This document shows, piece after piece, positions 18,515 to 28,772 of a stretch of DNA of 51,141 nucleotides. This DNA is from Candidatus Eiseniibacteriota bacterium (lineage in GTDB: Bacteria; Orphanbacterota; Orphanbacteria; Orphanbacterales; Orphanbacteraceae): the NCBI GenBank assembly GCA_043809585.1, contig JBDROZ010000023.1:62001-113141 (forward strand), in the 5' to 3' direction. Every line of letters starts with the position of its first letter. Position 1 is the first letter of the stretch. Below the pieces are notes generated by a model, which worked only from the letters and a program-made list of their open reading frames with translations, was not told the DNA's origin and did no database searches. Position numbers and translations under genes: made by a program.

Positions 18515-19427
18515 GGTGCTCACCACCTTCCTTCGAGAGGCCCGTATCGATCTGGGGCAGGATCCGATATCCGGAAGAGGTCGGGCGAGCGATCGCGGCG
18601 AACCGAGCGTCGGCGAACCGGGAGCGAAACCCTTCCTCTTCCGTCCAAGTGGGGGGAAGCACGCCGAAAAGAGTCGGCCCACTCCCGGACATGAAAACAC
18701 CGCCTGGGCAGCAGGGCCCCATCCGACCCTTCATCTCCCGAAGCGAGGGACAGGTCGGCAGCACCGCTTCCTCCAGCCGGTTGAACAAGCTTCGAAGCAA
18801 CAAGCCCGGGTCCGAAATCCCCCCGGGCACCCTCTTCAGATTAGACGAGGGGGGACCGCCTGTCAATCCTCGCCTTTCGAACTCTTCATATACAAATGAG
18901 GTCGAAAGACGGAGATCGGGTGTAACTACTAGAAATCTCGTCGATTGCGGGATCGGGGGCCAGGGGCTCACGATCTCTCCCCGGCCCTCGCAGAGTCGGG
19001 TGCCGCCATAAAAAAAGAAGGGGACATCACTTCCGAGCTCGCTCCCGATCCGGATCAGGTCCTCGAGAGGGGCGCGCACCCCCCAGAGCCGGGCGAGGGC
19101 GACCAGGGCGGCCGCCGCGTCGCCGCTCCCCCCCCCGAGCCCCGCCGCCGCCGGGATCCCCTTTTCTATGCGGATCCGGGCGCCCCGCCGGACCCCCGAT
19201 TCCTCCCGGAGCCGGACCGCCGCCTTCCAGACCAGGTTCCCCTCCCCGTCCGGCACGTCCGGCCCGTCCGCCGTCACCTCCAGGCCCTCCGCCTCCTCGA
19301 AGCGGAGGGTGTCGGCGATCGACACGGTCTGCATCACCGTCGAGAGTTCGTGGTAGCCGTCGGACGCGCGTCCGAGAATCTCGAGAAAGAGGTTGAGCTT
19401 CCCGTAGGAGAGGACCGTCAGTTCCAT
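18501..19427 (-). CDS. ispE: 4-diphosphocytidyl-2-C-methyl-D-erythritol kinase
   Basis: KLNLFLEI, GYHEL, KGIPAAAGLGGGSGDAA, GSDVPFF and MSGSGPT motifs. Confidence 0.96.
   Translation of the reverse strand: MELTVLSYGKLNLFLEILGRASDGYHELSTVMQTVSIADTLRFEEAEGLEVTADGPDVPDGEGNLVWKAAVRLREESGVRRGARIRIEKGIPAAAGLGGGSGDAAAALVALARLWGVRAPLEDLIRIGSELGSDVPFFFYGGTRLCEGRGEIVSPWPPIPQSTRFLVVTPDLRLSTSFVYEEFERRGLTGGPPSSNLKRVPGGISDPGLLLRSLFNRLEEAVLPTCPSLREMKGRMGPCCPGGVFMSGSGPTLFGVLPPTWTEEEGFRSRFADARFAAIARPTSSGYRILPQIDTGLSKEGGEHHGDQ
18838..18866 (-). promoter_or_regulatory. internal promoter within ispE pointing at spoVG-tRNA-prs
   Basis: Perfect TTGACA-N17-TAATCT with an AT-rich upstream tract. Confidence 0.65.
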
Positions 19428-19431
19428 CGGA

Positions 19432-20316
19432 TCAGTACAAGATGAGCAGCACCGCCGCCGCCCAGAGGACGATGTTGACGAGGAGCGGCCGGTCGCTGAA
19501 GAGGATGTCCGCCGGCTTCCCGCCCAGACCTCTTTCATGGACGAGATACATGTAGCGGAAGAGTCCGTAGACGACGAAGGGGACCGTGTAGATCAAGTCC
19601 CCCGTTCCGAATTTCGCCGTCGTGTCGGGCCATATCGTGTAGAGGGAGAAGGAGAGGACCGTGATGCCCGCCGTCACCGCGATGATGTGGTCCGTGAGGC
19701 CGAGGGAGTAGTGGTCGAGACTGTCCCGATGCTGGCCCGCCTCCTCCTGAAGCAGGGTGAGCTCGCTCCTCCTCTTGCACACCGCGAGGAAGAGGCTCGC
19801 GAAGAAGGTGCAGACCAGGAGCCAAGGGGAGATGAGCACCTCCGAGTCGACCGAACGGAGCGCCTCCACCCCCGCGATCGCCCGGATCACGAAACCGAGG
19901 GAGATGGAGAGAACGTCGAGAATCACCAAGCGCTTCAGCCACGTCGAGTAGGCGAGATTCAGAACGAAGTAGATCGCCAGGGAGACGCCGAAGCCGGGCC
20001 AGAGGAGAAACCCGAGCGCCAGGGAAGGGGCGGCGAGGAGAACGACGCCGGCCGCGGCGGCGGTCCGGGGGAGCTTCCCCGAGGGGATCGGGCGGAACCG
20101 CTTCTCCGGATGGGCCAGGTCCTTTTCACGATCCATCAGGTCGTTGAAGAGGTAGATCGACGACGCCACGAAGGAGAAGAGGAAGAACCCGGCCGCCGCC
20201 CGGAGCAGGTAGGCGGCGTCGAAGAGGTGGTGGGAGAAGAGAACCCCCGCGAAGAGGAGCAGGTTCTTCGACCACTCCCGGGGACGGCACGATTCCACGA
20301 AAGGCCCCATAGTCAT
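19432..20316 (-). CDS. UbiA-family prenyltransferase, decaprenyl-phosphate phosphoribosyltransferase-like
   Basis: RPREWSKNLLLF, YLFNDLMDREKDLAHPEKRFRPIPSG and KRRSEL motifs; ATGA overlap with the udk stop. Confidence 0.88.
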   Translation of the reverse strand: MTMGPFVESCRPREWSKNLLLFAGVLFSHHLFDAAYLLRAAAGFFLFSFVASSIYLFNDLMDREKDLAHPEKRFRPIPSGKLPRTAAAAGVVLLAAPSLALGFLLWPGFGVSLAIYFVLNLAYSTWLKRLVILDVLSISLGFVIRAIAGVEALRSVDSEVLISPWLLVCTFFASLFLAVCKRRSELTLLQEEAGQHRDSLDHYSLGLTDHIIAVTAGITVLSFSLYTIWPDTTAKFGTGDLIYTVPFVVYGLFRYMYLVHERGLGGKPADILFSDRPLLVNIVLWAAAVLLILY

Positions 20317-20942
20317 CGTTTCACCCGGGAGAGGATGTCCCGGACCCGCGCGAGAATCAGATCGAGGGCGACCTGGTTGTGGCCTCCCCTCGGCACGATC
20401 AGGTCGGCGTACCGCTTCGAAGGTTCCACGAACTGCTGGTGCATCGGCTTCACCGTCGTCAGGTACTGTTCGATGGCGCTCGGGATCGTGCGCCCCCGCT
20501 CCCGGATATCCCGGCGGAGCCGGCGGATCAGCCGCTCGTCCTCGTCGCAGTCGACGAAGATACGGATGTCCATCCGCTTCCGAAGCTCGTGGTTCTCGAG
20601 CACCAGGATCCCCTCGAGGAGGATCACGGGGCAAGGGTTGACGCGAACGGTCTCTTCCGTCCTCGTGTGGGTCACGAAGCTGTAGACGGGGCGGTCGATC
20701 GGCAGCCCCCGGGAGAGGACGTCCAGGTGGCCCATGAGAAGGTTGTTGTCGAAAGCCGAAGGGTGGTCGTAGTTGAGGTCGGCCCGTTCCTCGGTGGTCA
20801 GGTCGCTCCGGTCGACGTAGTAGGCGTCGTGATGGAGGGTGGCGACCTCTTCCTCGTGAAGCGACTCGGCGATCCGCTCGGCCAGAGTCGTCTTTCCCGA
20901 GCCGGTGCCGCCCGCCATTCCGATGACGACCGGTCGGGCCAT
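20313..20942 (-). CDS. udk: uridine kinase
   Basis: GGTGSGKTT, NYDHPSAFD, RRDIRERGR and FVEPSKRYAD motifs. Confidence 0.97.
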   Translation of the reverse strand: MARPVVIGMAGGTGSGKTTLAERIAESLHEEEVATLHHDAYYVDRSDLTTEERADLNYDHPSAFDNNLLMGHLDVLSRGLPIDRPVYSFVTHTRTEETVRVNPCPVILLEGILVLENHELRKRMDIRIFVDCDEDERLIRRLRRDIRERGRTIPSAIEQYLTTVKPMHQQFVEPSKRYADLIVPRGGHNQVALDLILARVRDILSRVKR

Positions 20943-20964
20943 GGCTCACCCCCCTAAAGACGGC

Positions 20965-21342
20965 TCAGGACGCGGACCGCGAGATCAGGAAGACTCCGAG
21001 GCAGATCACGAGCGTCCCGATCAGCCGGAGGGCGGTGACCCTCTCGTCGAAGATGTACTTGGACGAGACCACCACGAAAACGTAGCCGAGACTGACCATG
21101 GGGTACGCGAAGCTGAGATCGACCCGGGAGAGAACGATCATCCAGACGATCGCCGAGATCCCGTACAGGAGAAGACCCCCGATCACGTAGGGGTTCAGGA
21201 AGGCCACGGACATCTTGCTCAGAATCTGGGCCGCGTTGATCTTGCCGACCGTGTTCATTCCGTGCTTCATCACGAGCTGCCCGGCCGAGCCGGTGCCGAT
21301 GCAGAAAACGATCATCAGGAGGTTCTTCAAAGTCGGCGACAT
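20965..21342 (-). CDS. small EamA/SMR-family membrane protein (ArnE/ArnF-like flippase candidate)
   Basis: 4 TM segments; GQLVMKHG, LSRVDLSFAYP and IFDERVT motifs. Confidence 0.8.
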   Translation of the reverse strand: MSPTLKNLLMIVFCIGTGSAGQLVMKHGMNTVGKINAAQILSKMSVAFLNPYVIGGLLLYGISAIVWMIVLSRVDLSFAYPMVSLGYVFVVVSSKYIFDERVTALRLIGTLVICLGVFLISRSAS

Positions 21343-21455
21343 GGCGTTCGCGGTTCTCCTCTGGGTTTCGGAACGGTTCGGGATCACGAAGCCCATGGTA
21401 CCCGATCCCGCCGCGCCCCGGCAATTCCTCTTTTCGAGGGTCCCGGAAAAGGCGG

Positions 21456-22880
21456 TCAACGAGTGGAAGGCTCCGGATCGTCCCCCTCGGGGCGGAGGGC
21501 GTGGCGCACGAGATGGCGGGCGGTGAGGAAGAGGATCTTCACGTCGAAGAGGAGGGACCAGTTCTCCACGTAGAAGACGTCGTAGAGTGTCCGCTCCTCG
21601 ATCGGCGTGTTCCCCCGCAGTCCGTTGACCTGGGCCCATCCGGTCATGCCCGACTTGACGCGGTGGCGGTCGAAGTAACGGGGCACGTCCCTCTCGAAAC
21701 GGCGCACGAAATGGGGCCGCTCCGGGCGGGGACCGATGAGAGACATCTCACCCCGGAGGACGTTCCAGAGCTGGGGTAGCTCGTCGAGGCTGGTCCGGCG
21801 AATCAAAGAGCCGATCCGGGTCCGCCGTTCGTCCCCCTTTTTCGCCCAGACCGGGCCGGTCTCCGCTTCGGCGTCCAGGACCATGGAACGGAGCTTGGCG
21901 ATGTCGAACACCCGTCCGTCCCGGCCGATCCGGCGCTGCCGGTAGAAGACGGGCCCCGGGGAATCGATCTTGATCGCGGCCGCCACGACCGGCAGGAAGG
22001 GGAGCAGGAGGAGGATCAAGAGGGAGGCGAGCACGATGTCGAAGGTCCTCTTCACGAACCGGTTCCACGCCTCCAGGGGGAACCCCTTGACGCCGAGGAG
22101 GGGGATGCCGTCCATCTCGGAGACCCGCATCCGCTCCCCGAGCCGGCCGAAGAGATCGGGAACGATCTCGAAGCGGAGGGGCAGGTTTTCGCAGGCCCGG
22201 AGGATCCCCACGATCGTCTCCCGCTTCTCCTCGGGAAGGGCGATGAAGACCCGGGAGACCTCCTCCCGCCGGCAGACCTCGGCGATCGCCTCGGGCCGCC
22301 CGAGATCGCGCACCCCCTCCGGCACGGGAAGGTCCTCGTCGGAGAGGGCGCCGACGATGCGGAACCCCAGGTCGGGCCTCGCCTCGATGCGGCGGCGGAT
22401 CTCGTCGACGAGCCGCCCCCCCCCGACGAAGAGGGCGCACTCCACACCGAACCCCCGGGCCCGGAGCGCCAGCCGCACCTTCCGCCCGGCCCCCCGCGCG
22501 GCGAGGACGAAGAGAAAGGCGAGAGGCACGGCGAGCACGAAGAAGAGCCGGGAGTACGAGATCCCCCGGTAGAGGAAGGCGGTCGACATAGCCAGGAAGG
22601 TGCCGAGCATCGCCCCCTTGAGGACGAGGAGCGTCTCGTCGGACCAGTTCAGTCCCCGGTTCGGGGCGTAGAGACCGAGGAACGCGAAGATCACCACCCA
22701 ACCGAAAGCGGTGAACAGGAAGCCCGGGAGATAGCTCCCGAAATCGGGGACGCCCCTTGGGGCGGCGATCCATCCGGAGCCGAATCGGATCCAGTACGCC
22801 CCCCCGAGGGCGAGGGCCACCGCGAGCCAATCCGCCACGGCGGAGAAGAACGCGAACGTGAGCGGCCCTTTCTGATGCAC
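21456..22880 (-). CDS. undecaprenyl-phosphate sugar phosphotransferase (WcaJ/GumD-like)
   Basis: [41 protein letters not shown] and [10 protein letters not shown] motifs; GTG start after AGGAG. Confidence 0.93.
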   Translation of the reverse strand: MHQKGPLTFAFFSAVADWLAVALALGGAYWIRFGSGWIAAPRGVPDFGSYLPGFLFTAFGWVVIFAFLGLYAPNRGLNWSDETLLVLKGAMLGTFLAMSTAFLYRGISYSRLFFVLAVPLAFLFVLAARGAGRKVRLALRARGFGVECALFVGGGRLVDEIRRRIEARPDLGFRIVGALSDEDLPVPEGVRDLGRPEAIAEVCRREEVSRVFIALPEEKRETIVGILRACENLPLRFEIVPDLFGRLGERMRVSEMDGIPLLGVKGFPLEAWNRFVKRTFDIVLASLLILLLLPFLPVVAAAIKIDSPGPVFYRQRRIGRDGRVFDIAKLRSMVLDAEAETGPVWAKKGDERRTRIGSLIRRTSLDELPQLWNVLRGEMSLIGPRPERPHFVRRFERDVPRYFDRHRVKSGMTGWAQVNGLRGNTPIEERTLYDVFYVENWSLLFDVKILFLTARHLVRHALRPEGDDPEPSTR

Positions 22881-22891
22881 CGGGCTCTCTC

Positions 22892-25588
22892 CTACGATTT
22901 CGCCAGTTGCCGGAGCACGTACCTGAGGATGCCGCCGTGGCGGTAGTACTCGAGCTCCATGGGCGTGTCGATGCGCACCGCGACCGGAAATACCTTCTCG
23001 CTTCCGTCGCCGGGCGAGGCGGTGACGGTCAACTTCCCTCCCGGCCTCATGGCGGGGATTCCCTCGATCCGGTACGTTTCGAAGCCGTCGAGCCCGAGGG
23101 TTTCCGCGCCCCGGCCGGCCTCGAATTGGAGGGGAAGAACCCCCATCCCGATGAGATTGCTCCGGTGGATCCGCTCGAAGGACTCGGCGATCACGGCCCG
23201 CACGCCGAGCATCGCCGTTCCCTTCGCCGCCCAATCCCGGGAGGAGCCCGTGCCGTACTCGGGGCCGGCGATCACGAGAAGGGTCGTACCGTCCTCGCCG
23301 TACCTCTCGGCGGCGGCGAAGATCGTCATCGTTTCCCCGCCGGGCGGATAGGTGGTCCACCCCCCCTCGGTCCCGGGGGCGAGGCGGTTCCGGAGACGGA
23401 CGTTCCCGAAAGTCCCCCGCATCATCACCTCGTGATTGCCGCGCCGGGAGCCGAAGGAGTTGAAGTCCTTTTTCGGCACGCCGTGGCCCGTGAGATACGC
23501 GGCGGCGGGCGAGTCGGAGGCGATCGAGCCGGCCGGCGAGATGTGATCGGTCGTCACCGAGCGGCCGAGGAGCGCGAGAACCCGGGCGCCGCCGATGTCC
23601 GCGAGGGGATCCGGCTCGGGGGTCATGCCGTCGAAGAAGGGGGGGCGCCGCACGTAGGTCGACTTGGGGTCCCACCGAAACCGGTCCCCCTCGGGCACGG
23701 GGATGGCGCGCCACCGGTCGTCGCCGGTGAAGGCGTCCGCGTACCGGGCGGTGAACATCTCGGACCGGACGCTCTTGGCGAGCACGGTCCGGATCTCCTC
23801 GGCGTCCGGCCAGACGTCCTTCAGGTAGACGTCTTCCCCGTCCTTCCCCTTCCCGATCGGCTCGGAGTAGAAATCGATATCCATGCGGCCCGCGAGGGCG
23901 TAGGCGACGACGAGGGGCGGGCTCGCGAGGTAATTCGCCCTCGTGTCCGGATTGATCCGGCCCTCGAAATTCCGATTCCCCGAGAGCACCGACGCGACCA
24001 CGAGCTTGTTCTCCCGGACGGCCTCCCGGATCGCGTCCGGCAGAGGGCCGCTGTTTCCGATGCACGTGGTGCATCCGTAGCCGACCAGGTGGAACCGGAG
24101 CGCCTCCAGATACGGGGTGAGGCCCGCGTCGTTCAGGTAGTCCGTCACCACCTTCGATCCGGGGGCGAGGCTCGTCTTGACCCATGGCTTCACGGAGAGG
24201 CCCTTTTCCACGGCCCTTTTCGCGAGCAGGCCCGCGCCGATCATGACCGACGGGTTCGAGGTGTTCGTGCACGACGTGATCGACGCGATCACCACGGCGC
24301 CGTGCATCATGTCGAAGCGATCGCCGCTTATTCCGACGGAAACGGTCTTCGAGAGGTTCGCGGGCGCGGCCCCCTCCTTCCCGGGCGCGACGAGGGAAGG
24401 AAGAACCCGGTTCCAGTGCTTCTTCGTCCCCCGGAGGGGGACCCGGTCCTGGGGGCGCTTCGGTCCGGCCAGGCTCGCCTCGACCGTGGCAAGATCGAGT
24501 TCGATCGTGTCCGTGAAGACCGGGTCGGGCGTGGAGTCGGTCCGGTACCAGCCCTGCTCCTTGGCGTACGCCTCGGTAAGGGCGATCCGCTCCGGGTCCC
24601 GGCCGGTCATCTTCATGTATTCGATGGTCCCGTCGTCGATGGGGAACAGGGCGCAGGTGGACCCGTACTCGGGGGACATGTTGGCCAGCGTCGCCCGGTC
24701 CGCGAGGGAAAGGCTGGAGAGGCCGACCCCATAGAACTCGACGAACTTGCCTACCACCTTCTTCTCCCGGAGCTTCTCCGTCGCCGTGAGGACCAGGTCG
24801 GTGGCGGTGGTCCCCTCGGGGAGCGCCCCGTGCAGCTTGAACCCGATCACCTCCGGAACGAGCATGGCGATCGGCTGGCCGAGCATGGCCGCCTCCGCCT
24901 CGATGCCCCCCACGCCCCATCCGAGTACGCCGAGGCCGTTGATCATGGTGGTGTGGCTGTCGGTGCCGACCAGACTGTCCGGGTAGGCGATCCCGTCCTT
25001 CTCGAAGACGACCCGCGCCAGGTACTCGAGATTCACCTGGTGGACGATCCCCGTCGCCGGCGGGACGACGGCGAAACCGGCGAACGCCTTCTGGGCCCAC
25101 CGGAGCAGCTTGTAGCGCTCGATGTTCCTCTCGAACTCGATCTCCGCGTTGATTCGGAACGAGTCGGGGCTGCCGAACGAATCGATCTGCACCGAATGGT
25201 CGATCACCAGCTCCGCCGGGAAGAGGGGGTTGATCTTGGAGGGGTCGCCGCCCATCTCGGCCATGGCGTCCCGCATGGCCGCGAGGTCGACCACGGCCGG
25301 CACCCCCGTGAAATCCTGAAGCAGCACTCGGGCGGGCATGAAGGCGATCTCCCTCTTCTTCCCCGCCTTCGGGTCCCAGTTCCCCAGAGCCTCGATGTCG
25401 GCGGCGGTGACGCCCTTCCCGTCTTCATGGCGGAGGAGATTCTCGACGAGAATGCGGAGGGAGAAGGGAAGGCGGCCGACGCTCATTCCCTTCTCTTCCA
25501 GCCTGCGAAGACTGAAGAAATCGATGGAGCGACCGGCCGCTTCCAAAGCGGCGCGCGTGGAAAACGAGTCTCGGGATCGAGTCGTCAT
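22892..25588 (-). CDS. acnA: aconitate hydratase A
   Basis: [44 protein letters not shown] and [10 protein letters not shown] motifs. Confidence 0.98.
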   Translation of the reverse strand: MTTRSRDSFSTRAALEAAGRSIDFFSLRRLEEKGMSVGRLPFSLRILVENLLRHEDGKGVTAADIEALGNWDPKAGKKREIAFMPARVLLQDFTGVPAVVDLAAMRDAMAEMGGDPSKINPLFPAELVIDHSVQIDSFGSPDSFRINAEIEFERNIERYKLLRWAQKAFAGFAVVPPATGIVHQVNLEYLARVVFEKDGIAYPDSLVGTDSHTTMINGLGVLGWGVGGIEAEAAMLGQPIAMLVPEVIGFKLHGALPEGTTATDLVLTATEKLREKKVVGKFVEFYGVGLSSLSLADRATLANMSPEYGSTCALFPIDDGTIEYMKMTGRDPERIALTEAYAKEQGWYRTDSTPDPVFTDTIELDLATVEASLAGPKRPQDRVPLRGTKKHWNRVLPSLVAPGKEGAAPANLSKTVSVGISGDRFDMMHGAVVIASITSCTNTSNPSVMIGAGLLAKRAVEKGLSVKPWVKTSLAPGSKVVTDYLNDAGLTPYLEALRFHLVGYGCTTCIGNSGPLPDAIREAVRENKLVVASVLSGNRNFEGRINPDTRANYLASPPLVVAYALAGRMDIDFYSEPIGKGKDGEDVYLKDVWPDAEEIRTVLAKSVRSEMFTARYADAFTGDDRWRAIPVPEGDRFRWDPKSTYVRRPPFFDGMTPEPDPLADIGGARVLALLGRSVTTDHISPAGSIASDSPAAAYLTGHGVPKKDFNSFGSRRGNHEVMMRGTFGNVRLRNRLAPGTEGGWTTYPPGGETMTIFAAAERYGEDGTTLLVIAGPEYGTGSSRDWAAKGTAMLGVRAVIAESFERIHRSNLIGMGVLPLQFEAGRGAETLGLDGFETYRIEGIPAMRPGGKLTVTASPGDGSEKVFPVAVRIDTPMELEYYRHGGILRYVLRQLAKS

Positions 25589-25812
25589 CGGTACCATCCT
25601 CTCGGGGTTCGGGCGATCTCCCCCCCGCCGGCGCCGGGCGGCGGGAGACCCGGCTTCATGGGTCTTTCCCGAAGTCTAGTGCATCCGCCCCTTTCGTTGA
25701 AGAGGTTCCCCGCCCGCGGGCCGCCGGGGGGCAAAAAGACGGCCTGTTGACGGTGACAGGGGTAGGAACGATATGCCATAATAACCGGGAATACTACGGA
25801 GGTAGAGTCCCC

Positions 25813-26532
25813 ATGGCCACGAGCGACAAGACCACCGGTAAAGAAGTTGTTTGCGCCTTCTGTGATCTCCGAAAGATCGGGCTCTTCGGAGCGCTGGAAG
25901 AGGACTTCCTGAGCCGCGTGGACGAAGAGAAGACGGTCCACTCCTACCGGGCCCGCCAGGTGATCTTCCACGAGGGTACCCCCCCCCTCGCGATCTACTG
26001 CGTTCGCGCCGGCCGGGTTAAGCTCTACCGGAGCGGCTCCAAGGGGGAGGAAGTGGTCCTTCGCATCTTGGGGCCCGGCGACGTGTTCGGGCACCGCCCC
26101 CTTCTCGCCGGCGAGCTGTACGCGGCCACCGCCGAGGCGATCGAGGAGGCGGAGGTGTGCGTCCTCCCGAAGCAGACCCTCACGGAGCTCCTCCGGGTCT
26201 CCCCCTCCCTCGCCTTCGAGATGCTCGCCCGTTTGTCCCGAGACCTCCGGATTTCGGAGGACCAGCTCATCGACCTCTCCCAGCGCTCGGTGAAACAGCG
26301 GGCGGCGAGCCTCCTTCTCACGTTTCTCGAGGGGAGCGGCGAATCCGTGGACGGGGGCATCAAGCTCTCCATTCCCATCCAGCGCAAAGAGATGGCGCAG
26401 ATGGTGGGGACTACCCCGGAGACCTTCTCCCGCACGCTCCACGATCTCGCGGAGCGGGGACTGGTCTCCCTCTCCCGGTCCGAGATCATCGTCGTCGACG
26501 AGGCGGCGCTCCGCCGGGTCTCCGGCGACTAG
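25813..26532 (+). CDS. Crp/Fnr-family transcriptional regulator with N-terminal CxxC
   Basis: cNMP-binding fold (IFHEG, GRVKLY, GPGDVFG) and HTH GTTPETFSR; ATG after GGAGGT. Confidence 0.92.
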   Translation: MATSDKTTGKEVVCAFCDLRKIGLFGALEEDFLSRVDEEKTVHSYRARQVIFHEGTPPLAIYCVRAGRVKLYRSGSKGEEVVLRILGPGDVFGHRPLLAGELYAATAEAIEEAEVCVLPKQTLTELLRVSPSLAFEMLARLSRDLRISEDQLIDLSQRSVKQRAASLLLTFLEGSGESVDGGIKLSIPIQRKEMAQMVGTTPETFSRTLHDLAERGLVSLSRSEIIVVDEAALRRVSGD

Positions 26533-26710
26533 AACTCGTTTCAAAACCCCTTCCTGCTGCGGCCGGCTGCAGGGACGGACCGCATCGTCCTCGGGCAAGA
26601 ATGTCCTCTACGGCCCTCCAGGGCCGCCTCCGGGCATTCCCGCCCTCGATCCTCGCCGTCCGTCCCCTCGCTCACCCTCGCGGCGAAAGGGGTTATGAAA
26701 CGAGTTCTAG
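26529..26710. mobile_element. MITE copy 2, at the Crp/Fnr stop codon
   Basis: CTAGAACTCGTTTCAAAACCCCTT ... AAGGGGTTATGAAACGAGTTCTAG. Confidence 0.9.
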
Positions 26711-26829
26711 CCTGAATCATGCACAATCCAGGCTAGCACGACTCAACGCACATCAAGTTCATAGTTGACCGTCCTCATTGATCCTGCCCACCCCGATGTG
26801 CGAAAATGTATGGTGTAAAATGCGATACG

Positions 26830-27035
26830 CCTCAGGGACTCATGAACCCGCGCCTTCGGTCGCCGCGGGTTCGCGCTCCCCCGGGTCCTCGAGGCGCAGT
26901 TGGCGACGGCCGAAATCGAGCCGATTCGCGCCGACGTTCCCCGGGCGAAGTCCCGGGAGACGATGCCGGGCACCCGGCGGCAGACCTGCGAATCCTCCCC
27001 AGTGAGAGGCCACCCTTCGGGGTGGCCTTCTCTCG
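26830..27035 (+). ncRNA. candidate structured sRNA or leader RNA, family unknown
   Basis: Follows an AT-rich -10-like TAAAAT, contains several GC hairpins, ends in a terminator, and has no convincing ORF. Confidence 0.3.
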
Positions 27036-27041
27036 TTGTTT
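27004..27041 (+). terminator. intrinsic terminator-like hairpin
   Basis: GAGAGGCCACCC-TTCG-GGGTGGCCTTCTC followed by a T-rich tract. Confidence 0.65.
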
Positions 27042-27110
27042 GGTTGCCTTCCCCGCGCGGCGGGGTTACGCTGATGATGTTCGGCCCGATCGAATTCAAG
27101 GAGGCGAAAG

Positions 27111-28727
27111 ATGGGGAAGAGAATCGTGAGGCTGGCGGCAGCGGCGGCCCTGGCCTTTCCCGTGTGCGCCTGGGGGGCCGTGGGGGACACGACGGCGGTG
27201 ATCGGCGCCCCCGGCAGTTGCCCGACCGGACTCGCTTGGCACGGGGGCGCCCTCTGGGCGGCGGACTGGGAGACGGGGACACTTTACACGCTCGATCCCG
27301 CGACGGGGGCCGTGAAGAGCGAGATTCCGGCGCCCGGCCCCCATCCCGAAGGCCTCGCCTCGAGCGGGGAGATCCTTTACGTCGCCGACGGTTCGACGGG
27401 CCGCATCTACGGTTTCGACCCGGAGAGAAATCTGGTCCTTCACTCGTACCCCTCGCCCGAGAGCGCTCCCAAGGGGCTCGCTTTCGGCGGCGGATCGCTC
27501 TGGCTCGTCGACGACGGGGCCAACACGATTTACGAGATCGTGCCCGACGACGGGACGATCCTGAACTACTTCAAGGCGCCCCACAAGCTCTGCCGGGGCC
27601 TTGCCCACGACGGAAAATGGCTTTGGGTCACGGACCGGGGGAACGACGAAATCTACGCCCTCGAGCCGGAAGACGGGACCCCCCTCTTTCTGGCGAAGGC
27701 GCCTGGCCCGTTCCCTGTCGGGCTCGCCTTCGGCGACGGGGACCTCTGGCTCACCGACTTCCAGCGCATGAAGATCTACCGGATCCGGGCGGATGCCGGG
27801 GGCGAGCCGTTCCGCGTGACCGGCGAGGTGGACCGGGACTTCCGATTCCGGTACGTCATGCGGAATGACGGCGAGGGGGTCGTCGCCGGGGCGTCGATCC
27901 ACATCGCCGTTCCCTACGAGGAGCTCGAGAACCAGAAGATCCTGGCGCCCGTCCTGTGGACGCCGGATCCGGACGAATTCGCCGAAGACCGCTGGGGGCA
28001 GAGGATCGCCGTGTTCCGGTTCGAGAACATCCCGCCGAGCGGAACCGTATCGGCCGGGTACGAGACGCGGGTGCGCCTCGGAGAGCTGCACTACGCCTTC
28101 GACCCGGAAAAGGACATCGACGAGTCGCGGAGTCTCGAGGGGGAGGAACGCGCCAAGTACCTGGCCCCGACCTCCCGCCTCCAGATGGACAAGGACCTCG
28201 TCACGAGCACGGCCCGGGAGATCGTCGGCGACGAGACGAACCCGTACCGGATCGCCCGTAAGATCTACGACTGGACCCGGGGGGCCCTCGAGTACGAGCG
28301 GGTCGGAGGCTGGGACGTTCCGACCACGCTCATCAAGCGGGGGACCGGATCGTGCTCCGAGTACGCATTCCTCTATATCGCTCTTTGCCGGGCGGCGGGA
28401 CTCCCCGCCCGCTACGAGGGGAGCGTGGTGGTCCGGGGGGACGACACTTCGATCGACGACGTGTATCATCGGTGGTGCGAGGTCCACATTCCCGGAGTCG
28501 GCTGGATGCCCGTCGACCCGAGCGGCGGCGACCAGGAGTGGCCGGCCGATCAGGTCCGGTACTTCGGGGGGCTCGCGCCCCGTTTCATGATCACGACCCA
28601 CGGGGGGGGCGATTCGGAGTATCTCGGGTGGGACTACAACGCCCACGCCGTCTACACGTACCGGGGCCGGGGAACGGTTCACGAAGAAGGATACGGAATC
28701 TGGCGCGCCGTCGCCGGGGAGGAATAG
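27111..28727 (+). CDS. secreted beta-propeller plus transglutaminase-like protein
   Basis: Signal peptide; repeated PxGLA.xG..LW blades; catalytic triad motifs GSCSEY, YHRWCEV and WMPVDPS. Confidence 0.85.
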   Translation: MGKRIVRLAAAAALAFPVCAWGAVGDTTAVIGAPGSCPTGLAWHGGALWAADWETGTLYTLDPATGAVKSEIPAPGPHPEGLASSGEILYVADGSTGRIYGFDPERNLVLHSYPSPESAPKGLAFGGGSLWLVDDGANTIYEIVPDDGTILNYFKAPHKLCRGLAHDGKWLWVTDRGNDEIYALEPEDGTPLFLAKAPGPFPVGLAFGDGDLWLTDFQRMKIYRIRADAGGEPFRVTGEVDRDFRFRYVMRNDGEGVVAGASIHIAVPYEELENQKILAPVLWTPDPDEFAEDRWGQRIAVFRFENIPPSGTVSAGYETRVRLGELHYAFDPEKDIDESRSLEGEERAKYLAPTSRLQMDKDLVTSTAREIVGDETNPYRIARKIYDWTRGALEYERVGGWDVPTTLIKRGTGSCSEYAFLYIALCRAAGLPARYEGSVVVRGDDTSIDDVYHRWCEVHIPGVGWMPVDPSGGDQEWPADQVRYFGGLAPRFMITTHGGGDSEYLGWDYNAHAVYTYRGRGTVHEEGYGIWRAVAGEE

Positions 28728-28772
28728 CCGCGGTCCGTTCCGCGGGCAGAACCACTGAGGGGAGATCCGCCG

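Noticed and set aside
19432-20316. UbiA protein as the DGGGP synthase partner of GGGPS
   Set aside because: Its RPxxWxKN and KRRSEL motifs fit the DPPR-synthase-like subfamily, and it lies 20 kb away in another operon.
21456-25100. 1214-aa ORF as a single protein
   Set aside because: The first ~740 aa are an off-frame shadow of acnA; the real gene starts at GTG 22880.
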